Shown here in pieces: positions 18,801 to 28,097 of a DNA stretch of 64,000 bases. Each line of letters begins with the position of its first letter. The first letter of the stretch is position 1. The translations under genes were made by a program, and so were the position numbers. Origin of the DNA: an uncultured Candidatus Saccharibacteria bacterium (GTDB lineage Bacteria; Patescibacteriota; Minisyncoccia; Phycocordibacterales; PALSA-1337); contig CAYIYK010000004.1 of the NCBI GenBank assembly GCA_964367745.1, positions 449-64,448 of the forward strand, in the 5' to 3' direction. Under the pieces are notes generated by a model. It had not been told where the DNA came from. It did not search any database and saw nothing but the letters and a program-made list of their open reading frames with translations.

Positions 18801-19209
18801 AAAACTTGCTGAAGTTCCAAATATCGATCCGAGAGAAAAACTAGCTTGGGAAAAAGAATTGCTTGGACTATATATTTCTGGACATCCGCTTGATAAATAC
18901 AAAGATATAATTTCAAAAAGAGATTTGGATATTAAAAAAATTAAAGATACCCTAAAAGACGGCACCGAGATAACACTTGCTTGTATAATAGAAGAAATAA
19001 AACCAATAACTACAAAAAAAGGCGATGCAATGGCTTTTGTTAAAGTTGCGGATTTCTCAGGTGAATTGGAAACTGTAATTTTTCCAAAAGTATTGGCAGA
19101 ATTTAAAAATGCTTTTACCCCAGATAAATGTCTAGCCCTCAAGGGAAAAGTAAGTGAAAGAAACGGTCAAAAAAGTATGATTGTTGAAAAAGTTAAAATA
19201 CTAAACTAA
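15874..19209 (+). CDS. dnaE: DNA polymerase III alpha subunit
   Basis: PHP motif HLHTHSHYSLL, polymerase core, and the OB region IRFGLVTIKNFG. An upstream ATG at 15847 is possible. Confidence 0.9.
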   Translation: MSRFIHLHTHSHYSLLNALPKIDDLLDEAKKNNMPALALTDAGNLYGAIEFYKTAKKKGVKPIMGVDFYVAVRTRKDMQAGIDNRRTRLVLLAKNHDGFKNLIKLVTDSYFEGFYYKPRIDKELIEKYNKDLICIAPSFSSDISNALKNKNVEKAKECIDFYKKVYGNENFFIEITRHPEIQGHEGLMQQLIKLSKETNTQIVAAHDVYYINQDDKSARDMLQLVNTSGDMSDKNTSGSMEGSDEENFSFINEERAIELFHDIPEAIENTVKIADMCNVEIVLGKWYFPDFKVASGLTHDEELRRIAYEGIPKRGLELTKEVTDRLDYELKVIGDKGYAQYFLVVSDLLRYAHENKILTNIRGSVAGSLTTYVTRITNVDPLAYKLPFERFLNPERPSAPDIDMDFADNRRDEVIDYARKKYGYDKVAQIGTFGTMMAKGAVRDIARAMGFPYDTADRISKLIPLGAQGFPMTIDKAIAEVPELKQAYESEPDTKKIIDMAKKIEGCARHISVHAAGVVISPDALTEHVPLQYDTKNKEDANGNPIRKIITQYDMHAVGEDGVGLLKFDFLGIKNLSILADAVDRVKKIEGIDIDIENIPRDDRKTFEMLARGETIGLFQLNGSGMTKFLVELKPSRIHDINAMVALYRPGPLESIPQYIERKHDESKVEYLDPRMKDILDMSYGVITYQDDVMMIAIKLAGYSWLEADKLRKAMGKKIPKEMEEQKEKLLTGFVKHGMGKKNANTLWKLIEPFAAYGFNKAHAASYGLVAYQTSYMKANFPAIYMSAVLTAESGDVEKIAEIIAECKRMSIPILPPDINESFSQFTVVKGGGTISSQARGLSERSDSEASSAGRSEDIVPPTETQPIKDTIRFGLVTIKNFGQGISTAIIDERKKNGPFKSLTDFLDRVKDKNLNKKSLEALIKAGAMDRFGIDRGVLLGNLETLLAHNKEKLKQSDNQDSLFGLMSDTSSIPSLKLAEVPNIDPREKLAWEKELLGLYISGHPLDKYKDIISKRDLDIKKIKDTLKDGTEITLACIIEEIKPITTKKGDAMAFVKVADFSGELETVIFPKVLAEFKNAFTPDKCLALKGKVSERNGQKSMIVEKVKILN

Positions 19210-19268
19210 TTTCTGTCGTAAGTGTCAACCCTCTCCACATAATGTTTTTAAAATGGTAAAGTTAGTTA

Positions 19269-21023
19269 ATGAATGAATCAAAAATAGAACACGTACGTCA
19301 TACCTTAGCTCATTTATTAGCATCAGCAGTGCTAGAGCTTTATCCTAATACCCAAAACACCATTGGACCTGCTGTTGACGATGGATTCTATTATGATTTC
19401 GAATTCCCTAGTGAAATCAAACTTTCAGAAAAGGACTTACCCGCTCTCGAGAAAAAAATGAAAGGTCATTTGAAATCTTGGACAAAGTTTACCCATAAAG
19501 AAGTTACAGAAAAAGAAGCCAAGGATTTATTTAAAAATAATCCATATAAAATTGAATTGATTGATGAAATAGTTAAAAAGGGCGAGAAAATCACACTTTA
19601 TACTTGTGGTAATTTCACAGACCTTTGCCGTGGTGGACATTGTGAGAACCCTGCAAAAGAAATTCCAAATGATTCTTTTAAACTGAGTAGAGTTGCAGGT
19701 GCGTATTGGAGAGGTGATGAAAAAAATAAAATGCTAACTAGAATTTATGGTTTGGCTTTCCCTACAAAACTTGAACTTGATGATTATGAGACTATGCGTA
19801 TTGAAGCTGAGAAAAGAGATCACAGGAAACTTGGAAAAGAAATGGGTATATTTTCTTTTGATGAAGACGTAGGTCCAGGACTACCTCTTTGGTTACCTAA
19901 TGGTACTGCAATAATAGAGGAACTGGAAAAACTCGCTAAAGAGTATGAGTTTAAAGGTGGTTATGTGAGAGTAAGAACACCAAATATCGCGAAAGAATCA
20001 ATGTATAAGAAGAGTGGTCACTTGCCATACTATGAAGAAAGTATGTTTCCACCAATGGAATACGAGGGTGGCAAATACTACCTAAAAGCAATGAACTGCC
20101 CTCATCACCACAAGATTTTTGCAACTGAGCAGAGAAGCTACAAACAACTACCACTTCGTCTAGCGGAATATGGTACATGTTATAGACACGAGAAATCTGG
20201 TGAGTTATTTGGATTAATGAGAGTTAGAATGCTTGAAATGAATGATGCTCATATTTACTGTACAGAAGAGCAATTTGCCGACGAATTCAGAGCTGTAAAC
20301 GATATGTATATAAACTATTTCAAGATTTTTGGTATCAAAAAGTACATAATGCGTTTCTCAACTCATGATCCAAAAAGACTTGGTGACAAGTATGTTGACG
20401 ATCCAGTACTATGGAAGAAAACTGAAGATATGGTTAGAAACGTGTTAATTGAATCAAAAATACCATACATTGAGGTACCTAATGAAGCAGCATTCTATGG
20501 ACCGAAGATCGATGTACAAGTATGGAGTGCAATTGGTAGAGAGTTTACTCTAGCTACAAATCAGGTTGATTTTGCTGTACCAAAGAGATTTGATCTAACA
20601 TACAAAGACAGTGATGGTGTAGAGAAAACTCCTCTTTGTATTCACAGAGCACCACTTGGGACACATGAGAGGTTTACTGGTTTCCTAATTGAACATTACG
20701 GAGGTAACTTCCCACTTTGGCTTGCACCGATACAGGTAAATATCATTCCAGTTGGAGAAACTCATCATGCAAAAGCTGTAGAAATATATGACTTACTGAG
20801 ATCAAAAATGATAAGAGCTGAGATCGATTTATCAAATGACGGATTCGGGAAAAAAGTAAGACAAGCAAAAGTTAATAAATCTCCATACTTTATCATTATA
20901 GGCGACAAAGATATTGCAGTTAACAAAGTAACTCTAGAAAGTAGAGATGCTGGACAGATCGGTCAGCTAACTGAAGATGAAGTAATAGAAAAGATTATCA
21001 AAGAAAATACAGAAAGAAGATAA
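19269..21023 (+). CDS. thrS: Threonine--tRNA ligase (short form lacking the N-terminal TGS domain)
   Basis: Editing-domain HxxxH (HTLAH), class II core and anticodon-binding domain. 584 aa. Confidence 0.9.
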   Translation: MNESKIEHVRHTLAHLLASAVLELYPNTQNTIGPAVDDGFYYDFEFPSEIKLSEKDLPALEKKMKGHLKSWTKFTHKEVTEKEAKDLFKNNPYKIELIDEIVKKGEKITLYTCGNFTDLCRGGHCENPAKEIPNDSFKLSRVAGAYWRGDEKNKMLTRIYGLAFPTKLELDDYETMRIEAEKRDHRKLGKEMGIFSFDEDVGPGLPLWLPNGTAIIEELEKLAKEYEFKGGYVRVRTPNIAKESMYKKSGHLPYYEESMFPPMEYEGGKYYLKAMNCPHHHKIFATEQRSYKQLPLRLAEYGTCYRHEKSGELFGLMRVRMLEMNDAHIYCTEEQFADEFRAVNDMYINYFKIFGIKKYIMRFSTHDPKRLGDKYVDDPVLWKKTEDMVRNVLIESKIPYIEVPNEAAFYGPKIDVQVWSAIGREFTLATNQVDFAVPKRFDLTYKDSDGVEKTPLCIHRAPLGTHERFTGFLIEHYGGNFPLWLAPIQVNIIPVGETHHAKAVEIYDLLRSKMIRAEIDLSNDGFGKKVRQAKVNKSPYFIIIGDKDIAVNKVTLESRDAGQIGQLTEDEVIEKIIKENTERR

Positions 21024-21029
21024 CAAAAT

Positions 21030-21056
21030 AAAATCCCCTTTCGGGGATTTTATTTT
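21030..21056. terminator. Bidirectional intrinsic terminator between thrS and the convergent surface-protein gene
   Basis: AAAATCCCC-TTTC-GGGGATTTT flanked by A/T runs on both sides. Confidence 0.7.
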
Positions 21057-21076
21057 AAATATAGTTTAAGTATTTA

Positions 21077-22129
21077 TTATATCTTTTTACTATTGAATAC
21101 TAGGTACATGATCATAAATAGCAGTACTACTATAACCATCACTGCAACCCAACCCCATGGAACATCTGCATAAGTAGATAGAGATGCTACCTGGCTATTT
21201 GTTTTCTTATCAGTAACTTTCTTTGTAACTTCTGTTGTTGTCTTTTTTGCTGGAACTTCAACATATTTTATTATTGTCTTTGGGGCTGAAACTACAGGTG
21301 TAGTAACTACTGGAGGATTGTATGTTGGGTAAGTATTTTGATATTGATTATTGTAATATGGGTTTACTGGCGCGCCGACTGTTAAAGAATTTGAACAAAC
21401 TCTAGATATACTTTGACTACCAGATCTAACTGTAACTGTAGCATTTTTAATACCAGGAGAATTGTAGAAAATATCTAGTGTTCTATTGTATCCATAAACA
21501 CTATCATTTCCTGACCATGAGAATGAATAGTTACCATTACCGCCAGAAGGTAGCGCAGTCCAAGAAACTCTAGTTCCAACTGGTGCAAAAGGAGTGTTCA
21601 CTGAACAAGATACAGTTAGTGGAATATTGTAATTGTTGTAGTTATTATAATTATAGTTATTGTTATTATTGTAGTCGTAGTTGTTGTAATTATAATTGTT
21701 ATTGTTGTAATAGTCGTAATTATTATAATTACTATTGTTATAATTATAGTTAGTATTACTATTATTATTTATATCTGAACCGTAGATTTGAACTGAATTA
21801 CAATTTTTTGTAATACTTTGACCACCTGATGTAACAGTTATAGAAGCTGATTTAACGCCAGATGTATTGTAATCAGTATCAAGATTTGATCCATATCCTG
21901 AGAGACCATTTGTTCCTCTCCATGTAATATAGTAATCATTATTACCTCCGAAAGCAGAAGCTCTCCAAGTAACAGTTTCTCCTGTTGAAGCAGTCATCGT
22001 ATTTGGATAGCAAGTAGCATCTAGAGTAGCGTATGTCTCTGCTTTAGCAAATAGAGGCAAAAGCGTAAAGACCGCTATAAATATAGCTAGAATATACCAT
22101 TTTTTATTACCATGAATTATGTTTTTCAT
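21077..22129 (-). CDS. Secreted, C-terminally membrane-anchored protein with two copies of a roughly 80-aa Cys-flanked repeat domain separated by an Asn/Tyr-rich linker
   Basis: Signal peptide, two domains (C..VTW.A.A.GG...Y...W.G...S...K.A...V.SG.Q...C), Pro/Thr-rich stalk and a C-terminal TM helix. Confidence 0.7.
   Translation of the reverse strand: MKNIIHGNKKWYILAIFIAVFTLLPLFAKAETYATLDATCYPNTMTASTGETVTWRASAFGGNNDYYITWRGTNGLSGYGSNLDTDYNTSGVKSASITVTSGGQSITKNCNSVQIYGSDINNNSNTNYNYNNSNYNNYDYYNNNNYNYNNYDYNNNNNYNYNNYNNYNIPLTVSCSVNTPFAPVGTRVSWTALPSGGNGNYSFSWSGNDSVYGYNRTLDIFYNSPGIKNATVTVRSGSQSISRVCSNSLTVGAPVNPYYNNQYQNTYPTYNPPVVTTPVVSAPKTIIKYVEVPAKKTTTEVTKKVTDKKTNSQVASLSTYADVPWGWVAVMVIVVLLFMIMYLVFNSKKI
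21640..21775. repeat. Low-complexity AAT/TAT-type codon tract encoding an Asn/Tyr-rich linker (NYNYNN...)
   Basis: Visible as a long run of ATT/ATA/GTT-rich short repeats on the plus strand inside CDS 21077..22129. Confidence 0.7.
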
Positions 22130-22162
22130 ATACTAGTATTTTATATTAAATTATGCTGTATG

Positions 22163-23068
22163 TCAATAGACGGATACGTAACCACAATTCTTAGATACTC
22201 TCTGCCCTCCCTCAACAACAGTCACACTTGCTGTCTTTGATCCAGGAGTATTGTATTGTAAAGATGCGCTAGAACCATTGCTGTACACCCCATCATTACC
22301 AAACCATGAGTATCGATAATTACCATTACCTCCATATGCCGAAGCTGTCCATGTTATAAGACTTCCGACTCTAACATTTGAATACGAAGGATAGCATGTA
22401 ACTTGTAGTGCTTGACTTGGTCTATAGTAGCTATAATCGTAATTATAATTATTGTAATAGTTATAGACTGGAGTTGCTTGGTATTGATTACCGTAGTCAC
22501 GTATCAAGATACTATCGCAGTTCTTTGTCATTGTTTGATTACCTGACACAACACTAACAGAAGCCTTCTTACTTCCTCCCGAACGATACCTCATCGTTGC
22601 AGAAGATCCAGTACCAGAGAAACCATTTGAACCAGACCAGGTTATATGATAATTTCCATTACCACCGTAGACTGAGGCATTCCAAACTATTGTATCACCA
22701 ACAAATGCTTCAGTTATAGAAGCGTAGCAACTAACCCCTAATGGTTCGTATACAGGTGGGTAGTATGTTGGAGGATTATTGTCTCTGTGTCGATTATCAT
22801 AGTCATCATACACATATATTGGTGTAGCATATACAGGTTGTCGACCCGGTCTACCAGGTCTTGTTGGTCTATTGTCTACATTGTAATTACTATGATCACC
22901 ATTGTAGTTATTTGTATAAGTATTGTAACTATTTGAAATACCGCTATTATCGTCATCATCACAAGCAAAGAAACACGCAGGATCGACGATTCTACCAAAA
23001 TCAAATGCATGTGTCTTAATTGGCAACAGCATTATTAAACCAAGAATTATTACTAGGTATTTATTCAT
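22163..23068 (-). CDS. Paralogous secreted protein with two more copies of the same Cys-flanked repeat domain and an RPG/Tyr/Asn-rich N-terminal region
   Basis: Signal peptide. The repeats are LGVSCYASITEAFVGDTIVWNASVYGGNGNYHITWSG... and LQVTCYPSYSNVRVGSLITWTASAYGGNGNYRYSWFG... Confidence 0.7.
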   Translation of the reverse strand: MNKYLVIILGLIMLLPIKTHAFDFGRIVDPACFFACDDDDNSGISNSYNTYTNNYNGDHSNYNVDNRPTRPGRPGRQPVYATPIYVYDDYDNRHRDNNPPTYYPPVYEPLGVSCYASITEAFVGDTIVWNASVYGGNGNYHITWSGSNGFSGTGSSATMRYRSGGSKKASVSVVSGNQTMTKNCDSILIRDYGNQYQATPVYNYYNNYNYDYSYYRPSQALQVTCYPSYSNVRVGSLITWTASAYGGNGNYRYSWFGNDGVYSNGSSASLQYNTPGSKTASVTVVEGGQRVSKNCGYVSVY

Positions 23069-23096
23069 ATGTTTTATTTATCAAAAATACTAATAA

Positions 23097-25163
23097 CTAT
23101 ATATCAATCGTAGCTTTCTTAGCGTTTGATTGAATGAACATCTTTCTACTTGGAACATCTGTACCCATCAACATATCGAATACTTTGTCTGCATCTTGTG
23201 CATCATCTATATTTACTTGGCGTAAAATTCTATGTTCTGGGTCCATAGTTGTTTCCCATAGCTCATCTGCATTCATTTCTCCGAGACCCTTATATCTCTG
23301 TATAGAGATTTTAGATTTCTTTGCATTTGTTTCTTCTTCTACTTCCTCTGTTCCCTCTTCAACTGTATTTTGGACATCGGTATTCTCGATATCATTCATT
23401 TCACCGATTTCTTTTCCTAGTACTTTATTCTTTTCTTCTTCAGAATAAAAATACATTATCTCTTTTCCTCTTTTAACTTTGTATAGTGGTGGTTGAGCAA
23501 TATAAACATATCCTCCTTCGATTAACGGTTTGAAATATCTATAAAGCAAAGTGAGTATAAGCGTACGGATATGCGCTCCGTCAACATCGGCATCAGTTGC
23601 AAGAATAATCTTGTGATATCTCAATTTTGAAATATCAAAAGTATCACCGATTGCAGTACCGAAAGCCAAAACAAGATTTTTTATCTGCTCTGAACCAAGC
23701 ATTCTATCTAGTCTTGCTCTTTCAATATTTAGAATCTTTCCTCTCAAAGGCAAGATAGCTTGTGTTCTTCGATCACGCCCAGTCTTTGCAGTACCTCCCG
23801 CTGAATCTCCCTCTACGATAAATAGTTCAGATTCAGAAGCGACATTTGTCTGACAGTCTGCTAGCTTTCCTGGAAGTGTCATACCTTCTAGAGCACCTTT
23901 TCGAAGAACACTATCCTTAGCAGCTTTAGCTGCCTTTCGAGCCTTCATAGCTAGAATTACTTTCATTACTATAGCCTTTGCATCATCAGGATTTTCTTCT
24001 AGGAATGCAGCGAAGGCTTCACCAAACACTGTAGATACAGCACTTTGTGCTTCTACCGATCCAAGCTTTGCTTTTGTTTGACCTTCGAATTGAATTTCTC
24101 TTAGTTTAACTGAGATAACAACAGTAAGACCTTCAAGCGCATCATCTCCCGTAAAACTATCTTCACCATCTTTTGTTAGATTGTTCTTTTTTGCATAAGA
24201 GTTAAGAGAACGCGTAAGAGCAGTTTTGAAACCTGTAACGTGAGTACCGTGTTCTGGGTTATAAATATTGTTTGCAAAAGCAAGAATACGAGCAGAGATA
24301 TCGTCTGCGTATTGCAAAGCGATTTCGACTGATTCAACTCCTTCCACTTTCTTTTCTACATAAAAGATATTTTTATGTATTGGTTTTAATATTTGATTGT
24401 TGAACTTAACAAGAGAAGTAAGACCGTTTTCGAAGAAGAATGTTTGTGAAGGGACTTGAAGATTTAGTTTACTTATATAAGTTATTTCTGGATCAATCTC
24501 TAAATCTTTTGCTTCTCTGGCATCGATAACAGTGATTCTCAAACCCTTTACAAGATATGCTTGTTGTCTTAGTGAGTTTACAACTCTATTAAAATCAAAT
24601 TTAACCTCTTTAAAGATTATTACATCAGGTTCGAAAGCAACTATAGTTCCTCTTTCTTTTGTCTTGCCAACTTTTTTAACGGCATATTTTTTCTTACCTT
24701 GAGAATATTCTTGTGTATAGATATCTCCATCTTTATGAACCCAAACTTGAGTGTAGACTGAGAGAGCATTCACCACTGAAGCTCCCACTCCATGTAGACC
24801 TCCTGAAACTTTGTATCCACTTTCGTCCCCTCCGAATTTACCTCCAGCATGCAAAACTGTCATAATAGTTTCTAGAGCAGAAACCTTTGTTGCTTTGTGT
24901 ATATCAACTGGAATACCTCTACCGTTATCTGTAACTCTTATTCGATTGTTAGGAAGAAGTGCAACTTCAATATGATCAGCAAAACCACCCATCGCTTCGT
25001 CTCGTGAGTTATCAAAAATTTCTGTAATTAAATGGTGAAGACCGTCTGGTCCTGTAGTACCGATATACATTCCGGGACGCTTTCGAACTGGCTCAAGTCC
25101 TTCCAAGACTTGGATCGAGTCCGCACCGTAATTGTCTTTATTTTTTTCTGGATCTTTTGCCAT
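23097..25163 (-). CDS. gyrB: DNA gyrase subunit B
   Basis: GHKL ATPase, TOPRIM and the C-terminal QRYKGLGEM motif. An acidic insertion lies near the C-terminal domain. Confidence 0.95.
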   Translation of the reverse strand: MAKDPEKNKDNYGADSIQVLEGLEPVRKRPGMYIGTTGPDGLHHLITEIFDNSRDEAMGGFADHIEVALLPNNRIRVTDNGRGIPVDIHKATKVSALETIMTVLHAGGKFGGDESGYKVSGGLHGVGASVVNALSVYTQVWVHKDGDIYTQEYSQGKKKYAVKKVGKTKERGTIVAFEPDVIIFKEVKFDFNRVVNSLRQQAYLVKGLRITVIDAREAKDLEIDPEITYISKLNLQVPSQTFFFENGLTSLVKFNNQILKPIHKNIFYVEKKVEGVESVEIALQYADDISARILAFANNIYNPEHGTHVTGFKTALTRSLNSYAKKNNLTKDGEDSFTGDDALEGLTVVISVKLREIQFEGQTKAKLGSVEAQSAVSTVFGEAFAAFLEENPDDAKAIVMKVILAMKARKAAKAAKDSVLRKGALEGMTLPGKLADCQTNVASESELFIVEGDSAGGTAKTGRDRRTQAILPLRGKILNIERARLDRMLGSEQIKNLVLAFGTAIGDTFDISKLRYHKIILATDADVDGAHIRTLILTLLYRYFKPLIEGGYVYIAQPPLYKVKRGKEIMYFYSEEEKNKVLGKEIGEMNDIENTDVQNTVEEGTEEVEEETNAKKSKISIQRYKGLGEMNADELWETTMDPEHRILRQVNIDDAQDADKVFDMLMGTDVPSRKMFIQSNAKKATIDI

Positions 25164-25215
25164 ATTTTTGTATATTAATACACAAATTATACCAAATTTT
25201 AGCTAGTTTAAACCA

Positions 25216-25245
25216 TTGACAAAGACTATAAAAGTTATAGTATTT
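25216..25245 (+). promoter_or_regulatory. Sigma70-like promoter candidate (TTGACA ... TAGTAT) upstream of near-palindromic repeats
   Basis: TTGACA at 25216-25221 with TAGTAT about 16 nt downstream. Followed by CTGAATAATTTCTG / TATTCAGAAATTA dyad elements. Confidence 0.25.
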
Positions 25246-25346
25246 CTGAAGTTATCTGAATAATTTCTGTGACTGTGGTTGGGCAACAGGTGTATTCAGA
25301 AATTACATACTAGTGATGCTGATCACGCTCATCTTTATTAGTGTGG

Positions 25347-25373
25347 AGCCTCTCCTCGTGGAGAGGCTTTTTA
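25347..25373 (+). terminator. Intrinsic terminator (AGCCTCTCC-TCGT-GGAGAGGCT + TTTTTATTTAT), plus-strand oriented, abutting the pheT stop
   Basis: 9-bp GC-rich stem. A U-tract is present only on the plus strand. Confidence 0.5.
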
Positions 25374-25374
25374 T

Positions 25375-27366
25375 TTATCTCACTTCTAGACCTTCATTTT
25401 TAAGAGAGTCGTACAACTTACTCATTAATTTATTAACCTCATCATCCGTTAATGTTCTATCTTTTGATTGAAAAATTAGGTTATAGGTCAATGATCTCTT
25501 ACCATCTTTATCAAAACGATCTGTCTCTGTTGGGCCTTTAACTAAAAATTCACTGAAAAATATATCGTTATCAATAGTTTTTTGGAGAACATTCAATTTT
25601 AAATCGATAACATCTCTATCCTGAGGAATGAAGAATGAAATATCTCTTGATATAAAAGGATAAGCTGAAAAAGGTACGAACTGCACTCTAGTTCCCTCTT
25701 TAATATCAATTAGTGAGATATCCAAATCTTTTTTAATATTTTCCAAAACTTGATCAAGATTTATTTCCATTGCTCCGTCTATATGATTTGTTTTACCAAT
25801 ATGTTTGCCACCTAGAGATATTATTCCTCCAGTATCATCTACTGTACAAAGTATTTGTGCATCCAATTCTAATTCTTTCAAAACTTCATCTCTTACTGTC
25901 TTTATTTTTTCCTTTTCGTTTTCTAATTTCTTTTTAATATTTTTAATTACAGCAAACAGTGATGTATGTTCTCCATCTTTATCAAATATTTTTCCAATCT
26001 CAAAAATTCTTATTTCATCCAAACCAAGGAGAATAGCGTTCTTCACTGCCAAATCAACTGAATTTAATACATTTGATGACAGGCTAGTTCTTAGAAAACC
26101 TTTATCAGAAGCCATCGGATAACTAACTTCTATATCGCCTTTATTTGTAAAAGATCTTGTGATTATTTCAGAGAAACCTTTATTTACCAATAGATCTTTT
26201 ATTTTCTCTATTAAAATATATTCTCTTGAAGACGAATCTTTATTCTTGAGTTTTGGAGTTATACTTTTTATTTTATCCAAACCTTCTATTCTTCCTATTT
26301 CATCAACGATATCTTCAGGTATAACTAGATCAAGTCTTTCGAAAGGAGGAGTGACAGTATATATAGAATTGTTTACATTTACTTTACATTCAAGTTTCTC
26401 TAGAATTTCAATTACCCTTTTTTCTGATATTGAATAACCTAGGATTAATTCTATTTTTTTATGATCAATATTTACATCCCATGATGTTACTTTCTTATTA
26501 TAGTTATCAGAAATAGAGACAACTAGACAATCTTTCGAATTTTCTTTTAAAATTTTAAGGAATTGTGATGCACCATTTTCCGCTAGATTTGGAGTAATCT
26601 CATTTTCAAATCTTTTCGAAGAATCATTTCTTATTCCAACTTCAAATGAAGTTTTTCTAACAGCACTTGGATTAAAATTTGCAGATTCCAATATTATATT
26701 TTTAGTTTTTAGATCTACTTCAGTCCTCTTCCCACCTTTTACTCCAGCAATAGCAAGAGCACCTTGTTCATCAGCTATAACTATATGATGGCTCTTTAAT
26801 TTAATTTTTTGATCTGAAAGAGTCTCTATTTCTTCACCGTCTTTTGCAAATCTTATTTTTATTTCGCCTTCTATTTTATCTTTATCAAAAGCATGAAGAG
26901 GTTGACCTGTATCAAACATCACATAGTTTGAAATATCCACCACAAGATTTATAGATCTTGAGCCTATAGCCTTTAATCTATCTTTTATCCATTGCGGAGA
27001 TTGTTCATTGTTTATATTATCGATTTGTATTCCTAAATATCTAGAGCAGAGTTCTGTTTCAACTTTTATATTCAAATCACCCTTTACTTCAGGTAAATCA
27101 TTAATCTCTTTTTTAAAATTCAAATTTAAAATCGCACACAAATCATAAGCAACACCTCTATGTGAAAGCATATAATGTGCTCTATCCGGCAAAACCTTAA
27201 TATCAAAAACCGCATCATCTATTTTCTTCCCATCTTTTCCGACTGTTTCTACTTTTTGATAATCTTCAACTTCGCAAGATTTCAATGTCAAAGTCTCTAT
27301 GATTTTTTCATCATCTGGAAGTATTTCTTCAATATAATCTTGTAACCAACTCTTTAGTACTTTCAT
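25375..27366 (-). CDS. pheT: Phenylalanine--tRNA ligase beta subunit (reduced, 663 aa)
   Basis: B3/4 and B5 domains and a C-terminal FDX-ACB-like region. Immediately downstream of pheS. Confidence 0.85.
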   Translation of the reverse strand: MKVLKSWLQDYIEEILPDDEKIIETLTLKSCEVEDYQKVETVGKDGKKIDDAVFDIKVLPDRAHYMLSHRGVAYDLCAILNLNFKKEINDLPEVKGDLNIKVETELCSRYLGIQIDNINNEQSPQWIKDRLKAIGSRSINLVVDISNYVMFDTGQPLHAFDKDKIEGEIKIRFAKDGEEIETLSDQKIKLKSHHIVIADEQGALAIAGVKGGKRTEVDLKTKNIILESANFNPSAVRKTSFEVGIRNDSSKRFENEITPNLAENGASQFLKILKENSKDCLVVSISDNYNKKVTSWDVNIDHKKIELILGYSISEKRVIEILEKLECKVNVNNSIYTVTPPFERLDLVIPEDIVDEIGRIEGLDKIKSITPKLKNKDSSSREYILIEKIKDLLVNKGFSEIITRSFTNKGDIEVSYPMASDKGFLRTSLSSNVLNSVDLAVKNAILLGLDEIRIFEIGKIFDKDGEHTSLFAVIKNIKKKLENEKEKIKTVRDEVLKELELDAQILCTVDDTGGIISLGGKHIGKTNHIDGAMEINLDQVLENIKKDLDISLIDIKEGTRVQFVPFSAYPFISRDISFFIPQDRDVIDLKLNVLQKTIDNDIFFSEFLVKGPTETDRFDKDGKRSLTYNLIFQSKDRTLTDDEVNKLMSKLYDSLKNEGLEVR

Positions 27367-27367
27367 A

Positions 27368-28060
27368 TTAAAATTGATTTATAAATCTCAAATCACCATC
27401 AAAAAGCATTCTTACATCAGGAATATTGTTTTGTCTCATTACAAGTCGATCAATACCAAAACCAAAAGCAAATCCTTTCCAGATATTTGAATCTATACCG
27501 GCAGATTTTAAAACATTTGGGTGCACCATACCTGCACCACCCATTTCGAGCCATTTACCATTAAATAGCATATCAACTTCTACACCCGGTTCAACGAATG
27601 GAAAGAAACTCGGTCGGAAACGTATAACAACATCATTTCCGTAAAGTCTCTTTAGGAAATGTTCTATAGTACCTTTTAAATGACTCATAGATACGTCTTT
27701 ATCAACGTATAAAGCCTCAATTTGAGTGAATTGAGCTTCATGTGTCGCATCTGTAGCTTCATTTCTAAAAACCTTACCAGGAACGATAATAGCGCAAGGT
27801 AGATTGTCTTTATTCTTTTCCAAATATCTTGCCTGAACAGGAGAAGTGTGAGTTCGCATTACTTTTCTTTCTTTACTATTTTTAATCCAAAAAGTATCTT
27901 GCATATCTCTCGCAGGATGATCACTTGGAATATTTAGAGCATCGAAGTTGTATTTCTCCAATTCCAATTCTGGACCTGATGCCACAATAAAGCCCATTTC
28001 AGCAAATATTTGGACTACTTCTCTTATGAACTGAGTTAATGGGTGTAAATGCCCTTTCAT
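27368..28060 (-). CDS. pheS: Phenylalanine--tRNA ligase alpha subunit, catalytic core only (N-terminal coiled-coil region absent)
   Basis: Class II motifs (FRNE, GFAFGFGIDRL). 230 aa; no upstream in-frame extension is possible (37-nt gap to the neighbouring gene). Confidence 0.8.
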   Translation of the reverse strand: MKGHLHPLTQFIREVVQIFAEMGFIVASGPELELEKYNFDALNIPSDHPARDMQDTFWIKNSKERKVMRTHTSPVQARYLEKNKDNLPCAIIVPGKVFRNEATDATHEAQFTQIEALYVDKDVSMSHLKGTIEHFLKRLYGNDVVIRFRPSFFPFVEPGVEVDMLFNGKWLEMGGAGMVHPNVLKSAGIDSNIWKGFAFGFGIDRLVMRQNNIPDVRMLFDGDLRFINQF

Positions 28061-28097
28061 CTCTATACTCTATCAAAAAAACAAAATTGTTGCCATA

